From: Hemiscyllium ocellatum
Taxonomy: Eukaryota
DNA length: 64,000 nucleotides
Assembly (NCBI RefSeq): GCF_020745735.1
Contig: NC_083427.1
Coordinates: forward strand, 2,139,438-2,203,437
Reading direction: 5' to 3'
The translations under genes were made by a program, and so were the position numbers. Each line of letters opens with the position of its first letter. Within the stretch, counting starts at the first letter, position 1. Shown in pieces: positions 25,211 through 38,440 of the stretch. The notes beneath the pieces were generated by a model. It searched no databases, was not told the origin of the DNA, and saw only the letters and a program-made list of their open reading frames with translations.

Positions 25211-27959
25211 GGATTTCAGGCGAAACCTGTGAATCATACACATACAGGTCTGACAGTTAGGTTTCAGGTGCATACTTCTTTAAGCTTGCATCACCTATAG
25301 ATAGGGTTGCCAAGAAGACGTTTGTCATGTTTGTCTTCATTGCTCAGACCTTTGTGTACATGAATTGGGACATTTCGTTAAGAATGCGAAGGATTCACCT
25401 GGATAAATGTGTCAGTTCTAATCTCCCTGCAGAAGAAATGATAGCATTATGCTGGAGATGATTCAAAAGAGATTAAGCAGACGTTGCCTGGAATGCAATG
25501 CTTGCGTTGGAAGAAGAGGCAGGATAGGCTGGGGTCTTTTTCTCCCCCAAGAGCTTGAAAGGTGCAATCAAAGAGGTATCCAAGTTCATCTTTTGTCTCG
25601 TTTTCTCCTTCATACATTTTCGTCCTTTGTTTGAACAAAAATATTCTGAGTGCACTTTTTCTGATTTGCAGGGGGTTCTTTCATGCATTCTCGTTTGGAA
25701 CTACATCTGCCAAGTTTTCCAAACTGCCGCTTTCTTTCTCTGCACCTTGTTTGAAAGCATTCGTTTCCTTTTGTAAACTTGTTGTAACAGCCAAGAAGAC
25801 CATAAGTTAGGTAATTACACCTTCACAAAAAATATCCTGTATGTAGAATCTGAACCCATCAACTATACACAGCCTACTTACGAGTGTGATAAATATGCTG
25901 CTTTCTTGGAAATTCAACTTCATCCACCGATGCATTGCCATTCAAAAATAACGGGTAGCTACACTCTTGTCATATTCCTGGGTAATCACCAAAGATATGG
26001 AGGTATGATATCCTCTCTTTTTTTGCAGGGAACCTGTCCTTGTACATTGATATATCATATCCCACGCAAGTCAAAAATGATTCACGTTCATAGGTCAATC
26101 GATTGTGAAGAAATGTGAGCGAAATCATGATACTTTAGGAAGTTCTGAAAATTTGCAAACACGAGTTGCTGAGCTTGGACTGTATCTCAATCAACTTAAA
26201 AAGAATGAACAGACAAAATCATTTCTCATTGTCCCACTTTTATGCAATCGCTTGAAATTTCATATTTCTGTATCTGACCTGTCCAGTGCGTAATAAAATG
26301 TGGCATGACATTTTTTTTTCTTTTCATCAAGATTCAAACTTTTGCTTAACACTAGCTAGTCTTAATTTTGTGTTCACATAAAAACGCAACACTTCAACCA
26401 ATCTGAAAAATTAGCATGTCCTCCTTTTTTATGATCAGTATATTATTTTCCCACGGTTGAATGGTTATTTGTATTGACCATTTTTCCATTAAAAAACCCA
26501 TCTTTCTATAAGAAAGCCATTTCGTAAAACCAATTCAGAGAACACCACTCTCCGTTCCTTTCATGAGCTTCCTGTATTACTTCATCAAAATTAAATCAAG
26601 AATAGTTTCTCAAGCATTGTCTGCCTTTTGCAAACCTGAATTGCAATTTGCACTTAAAGCTAATCTACGGCATGTTTGTTTTTTTTGTCCAATTATTGGT
26701 TTTAAGTATTTTTGCACCACTGATATTCAACGATGAGCCTGAAGTTGTGACGAACGACGTGTCTCCTTTTCAATAATCAACCTGCCAGTTTCTTGTCTTC
26801 TAACTAATTCTGTAATTCTCAGTTCCACAATTATTTCAATTTTACACCAACACATTTTCGCTGCTACTTACATTTCTACAGTTTCGTTCTCAGAGGGTCC
26901 ATTTCCTTTGCAGATATCTTACAATATAAGGATTAAAGGCATGACAGTGCATCTGAAAACACATGTCATCTATGTATCAGATCTTACATCATCTAATAAA
27001 TAGTCTTATACCATTAGGAGCTGACTGTCATTTGGATGAGTTTCTTTTAAACAAATCATTCATGTTGACCTACTTTCGACACAGATTTGTTTTGATGCAA
27101 CGAGGTCATCTTGAAATCGGTCACTTGAGATGCAGTATAAAATCCCATCTTCTTTTCCTCCTAAGTGCAACAATACTACAGATTAAACAGGTGCATTTTT
27201 ACCCTTTTTTTGTGAAGCAAGGTTGAGATCAGAGTTGCCATCTCTCTGCTTCAAAGTCTATCAGGTTATCAGCTTGTGAAACCTTAAGATTATATTTTAT
27301 AAAGCTTTGAACAATAAAAGCAGCCTGAACATTTTTCGACAAGCTTCCACAGAAACAGGATTTTCTTCCTTTAGATTTTCAGGCGAAATTCTTGCGGGGG
27401 TCTTGAATCTGGGTTTGGAACCTTCAGTACATCTCACCCTGCTACTCTTTCTTTCAGACCTTTTCTTGATGTTTACCTTCCTGAAATGGAGAATTGTCTG
27501 TGAGAAATTCGATTGCTGTGTACTCGGCCGAGCCAAGGTTTTGGTTTTTGAATGCGACGATATTGGTCCAGTAAACTAGTAACAGTTAATATATGTGTTG
27601 TTGTGTTTAAACCTTCAATAGGGTCGCAGTTAAGACAATTATTTATTTTATTTTTATTTTGTTTGCAATTTAACGGTACTGTAAAACTCAGCATCTTTTT
27701 GCTGGACCAATTAAAGATTGTTTAGAATACAACGTTTGAAACATCCCTTTAAAATGAGAAAAAATCCACATCTTCACTATCTACTCCATATATATTTGAG
27801 AGGGTTTGGTCTGGTCCATAACAAATTTGGGGTTTCTGTCGGGACCAAAATCTCAAATGCCAGATTCTGTTTAGGATTACTGAAAGATAATGAGTTTTGC
27901 GTGTTTGTATCTTTCATTTGAGGCGTTGCTTTCGGTTGGGATAAATAGGCCTTGTGGAA

Positions 27960-28335
27960 TTATTGCTCTTTCAGTCGAAAAGTCTTTCCCAGGGGTCGAG
28001 GACGTTCACTTACGGTGTTTCACATATAGTGAGCGAGGCAAAGCTTTTACAATTGGCAAACGACTTAGAATTGGGTTTGGCAGAATCTGTTGGGGAAAGG
28101 CGAGATGACTATGACAAACACACAACATTTATAATTTCCAGAGAATACGACTGGAATCTTTAGAAATGGCTACTATTCAATTGTAAGTGTCGCAACCTGA
28201 AGCAGGAACAAATGAAAATGAACGACTAACACTGGCAAAAGAAAACAAAAGGAAATGAAATGAATCATTTCAATTGCAATTTAAAGCAAATGAAAATTAA
28301 AGCGAAATGGAGGCCCTAACACAAGAAAGGTAGAA

Positions 28336-28380
<45 letters not shown>

Positions 28381-29740
28381 GACAGACAGAGACAGAGACA
28401 GAGGCAGAGTGTGGTTGATTCACTGACTTACTTATTGAATAAGTGCAGAAAACTTGAATGGACGGAGGACTTTCAAAGGCATTGACAGTTTGAAAGCTGT
28501 GTTAAAGGCCGCTCCAGTATAAGTGAGGCAATTAAAATTTGGTATCAATACAAATGATATGGCTGTCGGTGCTGTATCCTTGCAAGATCATAGTAGCAAA
28601 AAAACAATTCATTGAGAATTTTTCCAGAGAATTGAAAAGTCATGAACAGAAATATGCCAGGACTGAGAAGGGAGAGCTTCAGCTTTGTAATTTTTTTCGA
28701 AATGTATATTGGCAATGATATTTCTGAGACAAATGTATGGTGCTGAATGTAATCTCTTAAAGTTTATGGAGACACTTAAGCACAAAAATGACAGACTGTT
28801 TCGGGAGAACTTATTATTGCAGCCATGCATTTCGAAAACTACACACGTGGCAGGAAGAGAGAACATAATTGTTGACACATTGTTGCGACTTTGATGACTA
28901 CGGATGTATACAAGAATAAAAACTACTTAAATAAACATTAGCACTGAATGTTTAATGATTATTGGCTGAGACTTAATGCAATATATGTGAAATATGTGAC
29001 CTAATAATGTAAGACTTAAGCGTTTCAGAAAATGAAGGCATCATTTTGCATTCATATTCCATTTTATAATGGAGGTAGGTACGATGGCACCACGATGTTA
29101 AGAAGTGTGTTTGGTCGTGCTTTCTTTTAGATACTGATCTCCGGACACGTGACGAGCAGTCTATGCGAGATAAACAACTTGTGAAGCTTTGAGGATTTTT
29201 TTATTGACGTTGGCACAGTAGAAACAGGCGAGAATGGCTTGGTCAAGCTTGAGCAGACCAGGATTTTTAAGTTCCAGTTTTGAGTTTCAACAGCTGCTGC
29301 TGGTGTCTCAGCAGGATTGGAAGCTGCAGCAAATCTCTCCTAGTCGCTAGAGACTTTTAGAAGTTTCTTTTATGACACTTTCCTCTTGGGCTACGGAAGT
29401 TGCAAGTGAAACAATTTGTGTTTTGAATTTTTATTTTGCCAGGGTGTGTTAATGGAAAAGTCGGTCAGTAATAGTTACTATATCTATCATTCTACTGTTT
29501 TTATTCATTGAGCAGTTATATTGCAATTCCACCATTATGTTTTGCTGTAGTTTAACGACAGTGGATGAATAAAGTGTATTTGGATTTTAATTTGGGTAGT
29601 TCTACCAATCAAATTGTCTCTGGAATGCAACAGGCTACATTTTTCTTGAAAATAAAAAAAGTAAACTAACCAAACTTTAAATTTACTTATCCCTTTGAAC
29701 TGCACTAGTTGCATAGCCTCTTGTGCCGTAGCACGTTAAT
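27960..29740 (+). mobile_element. Internally deleted Ty3/Gypsy LTR-retrotransposon remnant (gag start, RNase H, probable 3' LTR)
   Basis: Gag-like SEAKLLQLANDLELGLAES at ~28030. RNase H motifs WTEDFQ..DSLKAVL..APV, NDMAVGAVSLQ, FSRELKSHEQKY..TEK and HVAGRENIIVDTLLRL* (28450-28894). The LTR extent is uncertain. Confidence 0.7.
28338..28408 (+). repeat. (GACA)n/(GA)n microsatellite
   Basis: Read directly: gagagacagacagacagaca... Confidence 0.95.
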
Positions 29741-29749
29741 TATTAAACC

Positions 29750-30440
29750 AGATGCATCTTAAATGTTATGAGACCGCCCCGACGATTTTCTCAGGCAGCA
29801 TTTTCGATATTTGCACACCACCTATATCAACGTAATTTTCCTCAGACCAACTTTAAGCCACTTACTCCATATCATGCACTTATGCCATATGCTGTTATGG
29901 ACGTGAACTGTAGGGGAAATAAAATATCAAAATCACTTCTTCTTCTGCATCTTATAATTTTGTGCACCTCAATCATATTTCTCCCATCCCATCAGCCTCC
30001 TCTGCTACAGTGAAAATAAACCTAGCTGTCCAGTCTTTCCTTATTATTTTTCATCTCAGATAACATGCTGGCGAATCTCGTCGACCTCCTCTCAACTCTT
30101 GTCACATCATCCATGTGGTGTGGCAACCAGCACTGTACACAATTTTCTCTCTGTAATCTAATCTGCTTGGTTTCTTAAGTAGCAACAAGACTTACTTTTT
30201 TCCACATTCTACGCCTTGGTTTTTGAGGACGAACATCCCATATGCCTCGTTTACCACTCCACCTCTGCAGGCAACGTCAAGTTTCTGTAGGCGTACATAC
30301 CAAGTTCGTGTTGTTCCTAAGTTTACCTAAGGTTGCACGATTCGTTATATATGTCTTTCCATGTCTGAATCTCCCAAGGTGCATCACCTCCTATTATATA
30401 GAACTACATTCTATCTGCCCAATTGACTAGATGATCAATT
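29750..30440 (-). mobile_element. CR1-like LINE 3' fragment
   Basis: Typical antisense CR1 3'-end sequence (cctcaatcatatttctcccatccc...ctacagtgaaaataaacctagc...gcaaccagcactgtacacaa). Confidence 0.6.
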
Positions 30441-30460
30441 TTAGACACTGTTCAGAGAAA

Positions 30461-30662
30461 TCTTCGAGTAAAAAGTGAGGTCTGCAGATGCTGGAGATCA
30501 CAGTTGAAAATGTGTTGCTGGTTAAAGCACAGCAGGTCAGGCAGCATCCAAGGAATAGGAAATTCGACGTTTTCTGATGAAGGGCTTATGCCCGAAACGT
30601 CGAATTTCTTATTCCTTGGATGCTGCCTGACCTGCTGTGCTTTAACCAGCAACACATTTTCA
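30461..30662. mobile_element. Young fold-back Penelope-like insertion with an intact hammerhead core
   Basis: 73 bp inverted arms (30500-30572 / 30595-30667) with 1 mismatch. TSD ACTGTTCAGAGAAA at 30447-30460 and 30663-30676. Confidence 0.85.
30571..30604 (+). ncRNA. Minimal type I hammerhead ribozyme motif
   Basis: TTT-CTGATGA-A-GGGC TTAT GCCC-GAAAC-GTC-GAA. It has the full catalytic consensus (CUGAnGA, GAAA, GUC cleavage triplet ending at 30601), a 4-bp stem II, a 3-bp stem I and a palindromic loop-less stem III (ACGU). Activity is not demonstrated. Confidence 0.75.
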
Positions 30663-32439
30663 ACTGTTCAGAGAAAGAACTGCTCACTACCAACAATATC
30701 ACCAATTGTCGAGTCACCCAAAAACATGCTAAGTAGTGGTTCAGCATTCACGTTCAAGTCGTTAATGTACATATCAAACTGCAAAGGTCCCAGTATTGAT
30801 ACAGAATCCTCATACAGATTATTGTAAATAAAAAAAAATGCCATCGGTCGCGTTCAAGGCAAGTGACTGAGCACTGCAGCTACAGAGTAATCCGAAATAG
30901 TACCATTCCCACCCGAAATTGCTTTTAGAGAAAAGTGAAAGGTAATCTTTTCCCATAAGCAAATCTCGCTTTACATTGTTTTATCTAATTAAGTTCAGAC
31001 ATGACAGTACAAATCAGTGGAGCGGGTGGGTGTGAATGCAGACCTCGACAACCCAGAGGAAGGCACACTGTCACTGTACTTTTCTACATCTTTTTTCTAT
31101 GTTTTCTCAACAGCCTATTTCGTGATGCCATTGCACACACCACGAGCAGATGTGCGTTACACTCGAGCCTGCTCGTTCAGTGATACCTGTTCAAACTTTT
31201 TAATTTAAATCTATTGAGACGTCATTACTCACCCAGCAGGTGGGATGTGGGAACCAAGGATTTGAATCGATTTGAACACGCACCTTTTGTACCACCAGTG
31301 CGGAGCATTTTACATTTTCATTTTAATTTTTCAATCAACCTATTCACAGATGCTATTTCCACCGCTGGAGCTGATGGGAATTCAAGTACGACCTGCTGGT
31401 TTAGAAATGCCTCTTCACATTGTAAAAGGAATTTTCTCATTGAACCGTTCAGTGATGTTATGGCACTCCCATGAAAAAAATTTGGACTTCGTTTCAGAGC
31501 TTCCTGATTCAAACATTCGTTACCTGGCATTTCACCCCAAAGCCCTCACTCTTCACATTTCCTTTGGTAATGCGTGAAAGGGTCCTGAAGACCCAGTTAA
31601 TATTCCAGATGAAGCCAATGAGTTCAGTTGCCTCGAACTTGGTTGGTCGAATTTAAAATAAGTGTTTCGCTGGTGCTTGTGGTTAAACCATATTCCAGCT
31701 GAAAAAAAAACACATTCTATTCTCGAATACGTCTGGCTGCCATTTTGCAATATTCCCACACTTCGACATTTGGATGGCATGTACTGTCTGGTATAAGAAT
31801 TCTTGTTTAATACAGAAAGGCTAAGATAGAGAAAGCGACAGAATGAGAGATAGAGGGAGTAAGAGAGGGAGAGATAGGGAGAGAAGGAGAGCGGAAGACA
31901 AAGTTATGATGGGTACGTGGAGGTCCGAAAATCAGATGGAAACGAGAGAGCTGGGTTAGAGAAAGCTAAGCAATGAAAAAGAGGTGGAGAGAGGCAGAGG
32001 GAAACAGTGAAAACATATCATGGAGGCTGAAAGGGAAACCAGCGTTATCGTGCAAAAGAGACATTGTGCATTAAAATGTAATTGTAATGCCTTGGATTTT
32101 GGACACAGGCGACAATGCAGTGTCTCCACGGAATATTCCTTCATTTTAATAATGTAGAATCTGCTTCTGAATCCTGAAGTACGTTTTCGTTCCAGTTCAC
32201 GAACACTTTGTTTGCTTTATAAGTTAATACTTCCACGTTTATTTCATTCATTAACTTCTGTGAATATCTGTTATCTTGGATTAATAATTATTACTCTACA
32301 GTTCGTTTATTTTACATTACTGTCTCCACTCAGCCTCGAAATATTCCGGTTCAATAAACTGTTGTACATTGAAATCAGCAAGGCAGTATTTCTTCAGCTA
32401 ATTAATCCACAATCCAGTTCCTTAGATATACTGCAGAAT

Positions 32440-33140
32440 GCAATCTCCCCAAACGAAGTCATTTTGTTAATCATTTGCTGCTGATGATCTTTTGCCCAGT
32501 CTCTGAACTTTGTCCCCATTACTTCATTGCCTGATTCTCATGCAGCTAACAATGCATTAATCATTTTCCCCTTGCAAAGTACCTTCCTGGGCAGCAGTGT
32601 GTGCCAAATAGACACTTGTGAAACTGGAACGGTAGTAGAGCTGAAAACATTCGAATGCATGCCCGATCACTGTCTCAAATGTTCAGAAGTTCATCAGTAC
32701 TCCTGTATTTCAAACCAACAAAAATGAATGATAACATTAAGTTTCACTTACTAACTGCCAACCAAACCTGAATCAAACAATTAAACAATCGATAATTGGG
32801 ATTCCTTGTACTTTGGAATTCGGAAAACGTTCCCCATTTGGAAAATGGCCGACTACTCTATTCAAAATACCAAAATGCATATATCCATTTTCTCACATTG
32901 TACTCCATCTCCTTCTTGGTTGTGCATTCTCCTAGCCTGTTCAAGTTGTTCTGGAGCCTCCCCAGTTTCTCAAATCTACCTGTCCCTCCAGCAATCTTTG
33001 TGTCACATGCAAACTCAACAAAACTGGCATCAATTCATTCGTTCGTTTCATTAATATAAAAAAATGAATCGTTGTTGCCCAAGTACTGATACCTCCAGGA
33101 CTCCACTTGTGAACAATTGGCATCTGAAAAGAAAGGGTCA
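32440..33140 (-). mobile_element. CR1-like LINE fragment (old)
   Basis: Antisense CR1 RT patches (atttgtgtcacatgcaaac, cccaagtactgatacctccaggactccact). Confidence 0.5.
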
Positions 33141-33299
33141 ATTACTAGGATGTGGGATTACTGGAGATAGCTAAATGCCAACGCAATGATGTAAAGTGTA
33201 TTTTCTGTTTTGCATGACTATTTTCGTCTAGGGATGAGTTTAGTTTGAGGGAACTGTTTTCCAGTTTTCTGTTTTAATTTTTGAGTTTGCCTTTGTTAA

Positions 33300-35700
33300 C
33301 TTTTATGCATGATGACATAGCCACTGCATGAATCACGATCATTTTCGTTACCCTGTTCACGGTCAGCATGACGCCCACTGGGTTCCATTTTGCGAGGGCA
33401 ACTCGACGCCACACTCTTTCATTCAAATACTTCCTTGACATGCCAGGCAGTCAATTCCACCTAATTTCTGGTACTCAGATTTTACTCCAAAATATGGGAT
33501 AACGTTATGATAAGGGTTAGAGCTGACTCCGTCTGGCTAAATCGAAACTGACTGTCAATAAGCAACTTATTCCGAGGCCAATCTTATTTGACAACACTGC
33601 TGATATATTTCCTTTCACTTCAGATGATCTGGAGTAGAATGATCAAGCAGTAATTCGAGGATTGAATGTGGTCTGCCTTTACTGTACATGACATAATCCA
33701 GCAAGTGTTTGCATTTTCGAGGAGAGACCGATATTTCAGTTATCCTGGAACTGTTTGACTTGGAGCTGAAAAATTATCGACCTCCATTCTTCTCTTTGAA
33801 TGTCGTGACATTATCAGAGGCCCTAGCCTTTTCATTATTCTGTGTCTCCTGTCGTTTTTTTTCATTCATAGGATGTGGTCGTCACTGGCTGAGCTAGCAT
33901 TTATTTCTCATCTCTCGTTGCGGTTAAGAAAGTGATCGTGAACAGCTTTCTCCAATTGTTGCATTCCATGTGGTGAAGACACAGCTCAATTGTTTGAAGG
34001 AGCACGCTCCAGGACTTTCCCTCTGCTGCATCAGAGCAATGGTGATTTATTTATAGTTGTCGATGATGAGTGCCATAGAAGGGGAATGGCAGTTGGCGAC
34101 GTGCATGTGCAGCTGATGCCATTGTCATCCTCCATTGAGACCGACATTGAAAGGAGGTTACTATTTAAACACACTTGATGAATTTCTTTCGTGCGGGTTG
34201 TACATTGTTCTTACTGAGTATCATGAAAGAAAGCAGTGAATGGTTGTAAATTTGTTGCTGATAAAGTGACCTGTATTGTCGTGGATGGTGTCAATCTTCC
34301 TGGGTACTGTCAGAGTTGACTAATCTAGGGAAATCAAGAATTATCTGTACGAGGCCAATTTTGGTCATGCACGAGGCACTTCACACAATGACACAATCCT
34401 GACTGTTCAGTAAGAGGCCAGTCCACTGTTTTCCACACCCTTGTAACTCTGCTGTGGGGTTTTGCCACAGCCAATCCCACAGCATACACATCTGTAGACA
34501 CTAAGCGGCACATTTCACCATGGAAAATCAACGAATCTTGACATCTATGGATTGTTGGGGAACCTACAGCAACACAAGGATAACTTGCAATCTCTCCACA
34601 GACAATCACCAAGGGCTGAAATCTGACGCACTTAGTAATCCTTCAAACGAAGTGCATTTAATTGAACTGAAATAGTTTCAGTTTCACATGTGTGTGGCAT
34701 GTGTACAATTACAAGTTGACAAGTCGCCATATTCTGTCAGCATCTTAGGTACAAAACATCAATTTCCAGATACTTAAATATTTGTTATAGAATAAAAAAT
34801 AGTTTGGTATTAAAGAATAAATAGGAAACATAAAATCACCCTGCGCTGCTCCGAATATTCCTTCATGCATATGTAATTGAACAAGTGATGAACCCCTTTG
34901 ATGATGGTTCTTGTAGATTGGCTATGCCATATTATGAGGTTGCAAGTTCGTTGGAGGACAATTTTCTGCTGATGATTCTCCATGCCTCTGCTTTGATGCT
35001 CCGTTTTGATTTGCTGGATCTATTCTATGTCAATCACACTGAGCAAGAGGACAATTGTAAACAACACAAATGCAGCTATGATCACAACGGCAATGCTTTG
35101 TGCTATGACGACATGCCTGTGCATGGTCACTCTTATCAACACTGTCATTGCAAGGTGCAATAGCAGCAGACATATTAATGAAGATGAGGTCAAGTATCTT
35201 TTTCCTCTTATCGGTCACCCCACCACCTGTTCTATATGTTACGACATTCCAGTTCTTCTTTCAATTCGTGCTGAACACGGTAGAGCACTGTTTGTTTGGA
35301 CTGACGGGATTCTCCTGCATATTGTTGACCTGCTGTCATGAGAATTCATGAACTGTAGGGTCAATGTCGCTCCTGACTGCTTTTCCACTGCGTCATCCAC
35401 TCTGCTGTGTATGCCATATTTACGGGACATAAGTAGCTTCGATGCCGTGATGGTGGTGTTTGGGAATTTGATTCTGTGCATATGACAATGTCAGGCTCAT
35501 TTCTCACTCATCTGTGTATCAGTTACTTCAATCTAGCTCTCATTGTCAGATACTCGGCCATGACTGTTCGACCGAGACGGGTTTGCTGTTGCTGTCTCCT
35601 CTGTCTTATTTGGTGACACTTGCCTGTTTGGTTTCAGCTGAGAACTTTCGAGGAATTGGTGCAACTGAACATTTTGTGAGGCCATTTCAAAATGTAGTTA
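33300..35700 (-). mobile_element. L2/CR1-group LINE fragments (RT, 3' end, endonuclease), rearranged
   Basis: Antisense patches shared with 43880-44600 and 45000-45850. The minus strand resembles the RT segment AQVCPVHKKQDKSNP..YRPISLL. Confidence 0.5.
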
Positions 35701-37999
35701 AAAGTCGATCACATTTCTCAGGGCAATAAGAGTGGAAAGTAAACGCTATATTTTCCAATATATATGCTATAATACTAAAATATAGTATTTGTTTTTCCTC
35801 TTTGATTGTCCTGTGACATTTGCGCTCACATTCTTTGGTGTAATAATGGAAAGCATATTGTCTTCCCTCCTAATGTTCCTTATTTCTGCTTCAAATTTAC
35901 AGATCACCAAAGTAAGTGGGAGAGAACGACAGCTTAAAATAATTAAAGTTTGGTATTATTCCAAAGCAAAATATTCCAAAGATTATCGATAACCATTCAT
36001 GTAAATTAGTCAAAAGGGCAGAAAGAAATTCATTTGAATAACTTAAAGTTCTCTTAATGTCAAACTATTTGTGCTGGAAACAAGCGTTTTCTTTTCACCT
36101 AAATGTAGGATCCACTCAACATAAATGTAAATGACTCCTGGTTTCAAATTATTTTGTTCAATGCTGTTACACACTGTTTCACAAAGATCCAGTCTATTCA
36201 AGCTTTCCGGAAATGTTAAGGACTGATGCATACCATTGAAATTGGATGTTATTCTTCTTGATAAAACGCTCCTATAAAATTCCATGGAAGGCAATGAATA
36301 TTCACCATGATAGATTTACGTTAGTCAAGAGCAGTTAACCTGAAATCATTTCACATTTCGTGACGAGGCTTAATATTATTGATTAATTCTTTGGTTATTA
36401 AATGTGATCACATACAGTCGTTTCCTACTTCCGATTGGTCTCTCATTCTAAGTTTGTTATTATAGGTGAACGACTCCATGTTTTGCAAAATCATGAAATG
36501 TTTGCTTTCAGTTTGCGTTCAATACGAATGTAGGATCGTATGGCAATCTGTATCAAGATACAATCGCAAAAAAGCGATTTAAACTGCTTGCTTAACTGCT
36601 TCTCCTAACTTGCACATTCAAATCTCCATCTTTCACTGTAGTGATCTGCAGAATTCCACATAAATGCAACAAACCAATGAACTGGCGAAATTGCAGAACA
36701 TAAATCGAAATAAATTGAGAAAAACTGACTGACAACTCTTATGTTTCGGCTGGATATTACAAGAGCGATATGGTTTATCATCCTGGCCATTATTAATTAT
36801 CAACATTTCCACGAAAGGAAACACGAAAAGCGTTCCTACCACATCCTTGAACTCATCAATACGAATCTGAGAATGTCTGTCTTCCCAGAAATCTTGCATT
36901 TCTTTGCAACACAGCGTTCAGGCGTCCCTACGGAACAAAAAACAACATAGAAGTAAGCTACAAAATAGATAGCAGAACAATCTAAAACAAACATTAAAGC
37001 CGGAAATAAACATTCAGTTGCTCTTTAGTTCGTATCGCTGTAGATTCCCTCTTCAAAGTATTTTGTGGACGGAAGAAATGATCGATGCTAAATACGATGG
37101 TTGCTGCCAAATACATTAGTGATTCAAATCAGGAAATCTTCAACAGCCTTTGCATCGAAAGATAAACAGTGTCAAAAAAGCTAACTTTGTGTACTTCCCC
37201 TTTACAATGTAATGGACATAACATGCACTTCGATTCTGTCAGTCACAAGAGCATTTCAAATTCCAAAACCTAGAACTGGTCTCAAGATTCTCATGGCTGT
37301 CCCGGAGTGAAACTGCCAAAACTGGATTAATGTTTCAAAGCTTGGATAAGCATTATTTGGGGTATTTCTTTTCCTGGTAGGTATCGCTAACATGAACATA
37401 ATTGAAAAAAAAATCTAAGGCCCTTGGAAAAATATTTTTAGATGAGCTAGTGACTTTCCAAGAAACACCAGGAACAAACAACTTACATTGTCACTTGCAA
37501 AATATCTTTAGCTTTAGTTAAAATATGAATTGTATCGTTTATGTCAATACAATATAATCTTTGAAAACTGATATCCACCAAAGTTACAACGTGAATTGAT
37601 TTATACCAGAGTGTCAGAAGTGACATTGTTTTAAAATGGGCAGCTTTCAGGACAGAAAAAAAGTTCTTGTGCCATCTTAGCCATTAATGAAATGCATGTT
37701 TTGCTTTGGACCTTAAAATTTGTTCTCTATATTCCTTACAATATAGTTTCATGAGATTTGCAGATAAGGTTCCATTTGAAGAGATTCATTTAAGTGAAAA
37801 GTCGTAAACAATTAAAATGTCTGTCGTCTTGCTAAGTCTGTGCAATTCATTTGCATCTCATGCTACATTTTTATTTATCGTCTCTGAGAACGTTTCTCAT
37901 GTTTTATGTTAAAAGCAAAATTATTTGTCTATCAACTCAATGTTAAATTTCGTCAACATAATACGTTGAACTATAACAGATAAGAGTATCGAAAAGTTT

Positions 38000-38440
38000 T
38001 ACAAGTATGCTATCAGGTTTGGAGAACTTGAGCAAAAAGGAGAGGTTGCATAGGCTGGTGTGTTTTTCCTGGAGGGTTGGAGGCTGAGGTGTATAAGATC
38101 ATAAAAGAGGTTTATAAAATCATGTTTGACACCGGTCAGCAAAATACACAAGGGCTTTTCCCTCTTGTGTTGAGTCCAGAACAAGGGCATAGAATTAGCA
38201 CGTGTGGGGACAAATATGAAAATGGGACCTAAGGGGTAACTTTTTCATTCAGTTGGAAATGCCTGTATGGAATTAACTGCCCGCGGAAGTGGAGGAGGCT
38301 GATGAAATTACAGCATTAAATGTATCTGGATGGATACATGAATATAAAATGCTTAGAGGGACATGTGCCAAGTGCTGGCAAATAGGACTAGATTAGGTTC
38401 GGATATCTGGTTGACATGGACGAGTTGAAATGAATGGTCT
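38000..38440 (+). mobile_element. CR1-like LINE 3' end
   Basis: ggctggtgtgtttttcctggagggttggaggctgagg...tataaaatcatg...gctggcaaataggactagattagg...gaatggtctgtttccatgctgtat. Confidence 0.75.

Noticed and set aside
26300-27300. Coding-looking minus-strand stretch upstream of the Gypsy remnant
   Set aside because: It has many stops and no identifiable domain, so it was left unassigned.
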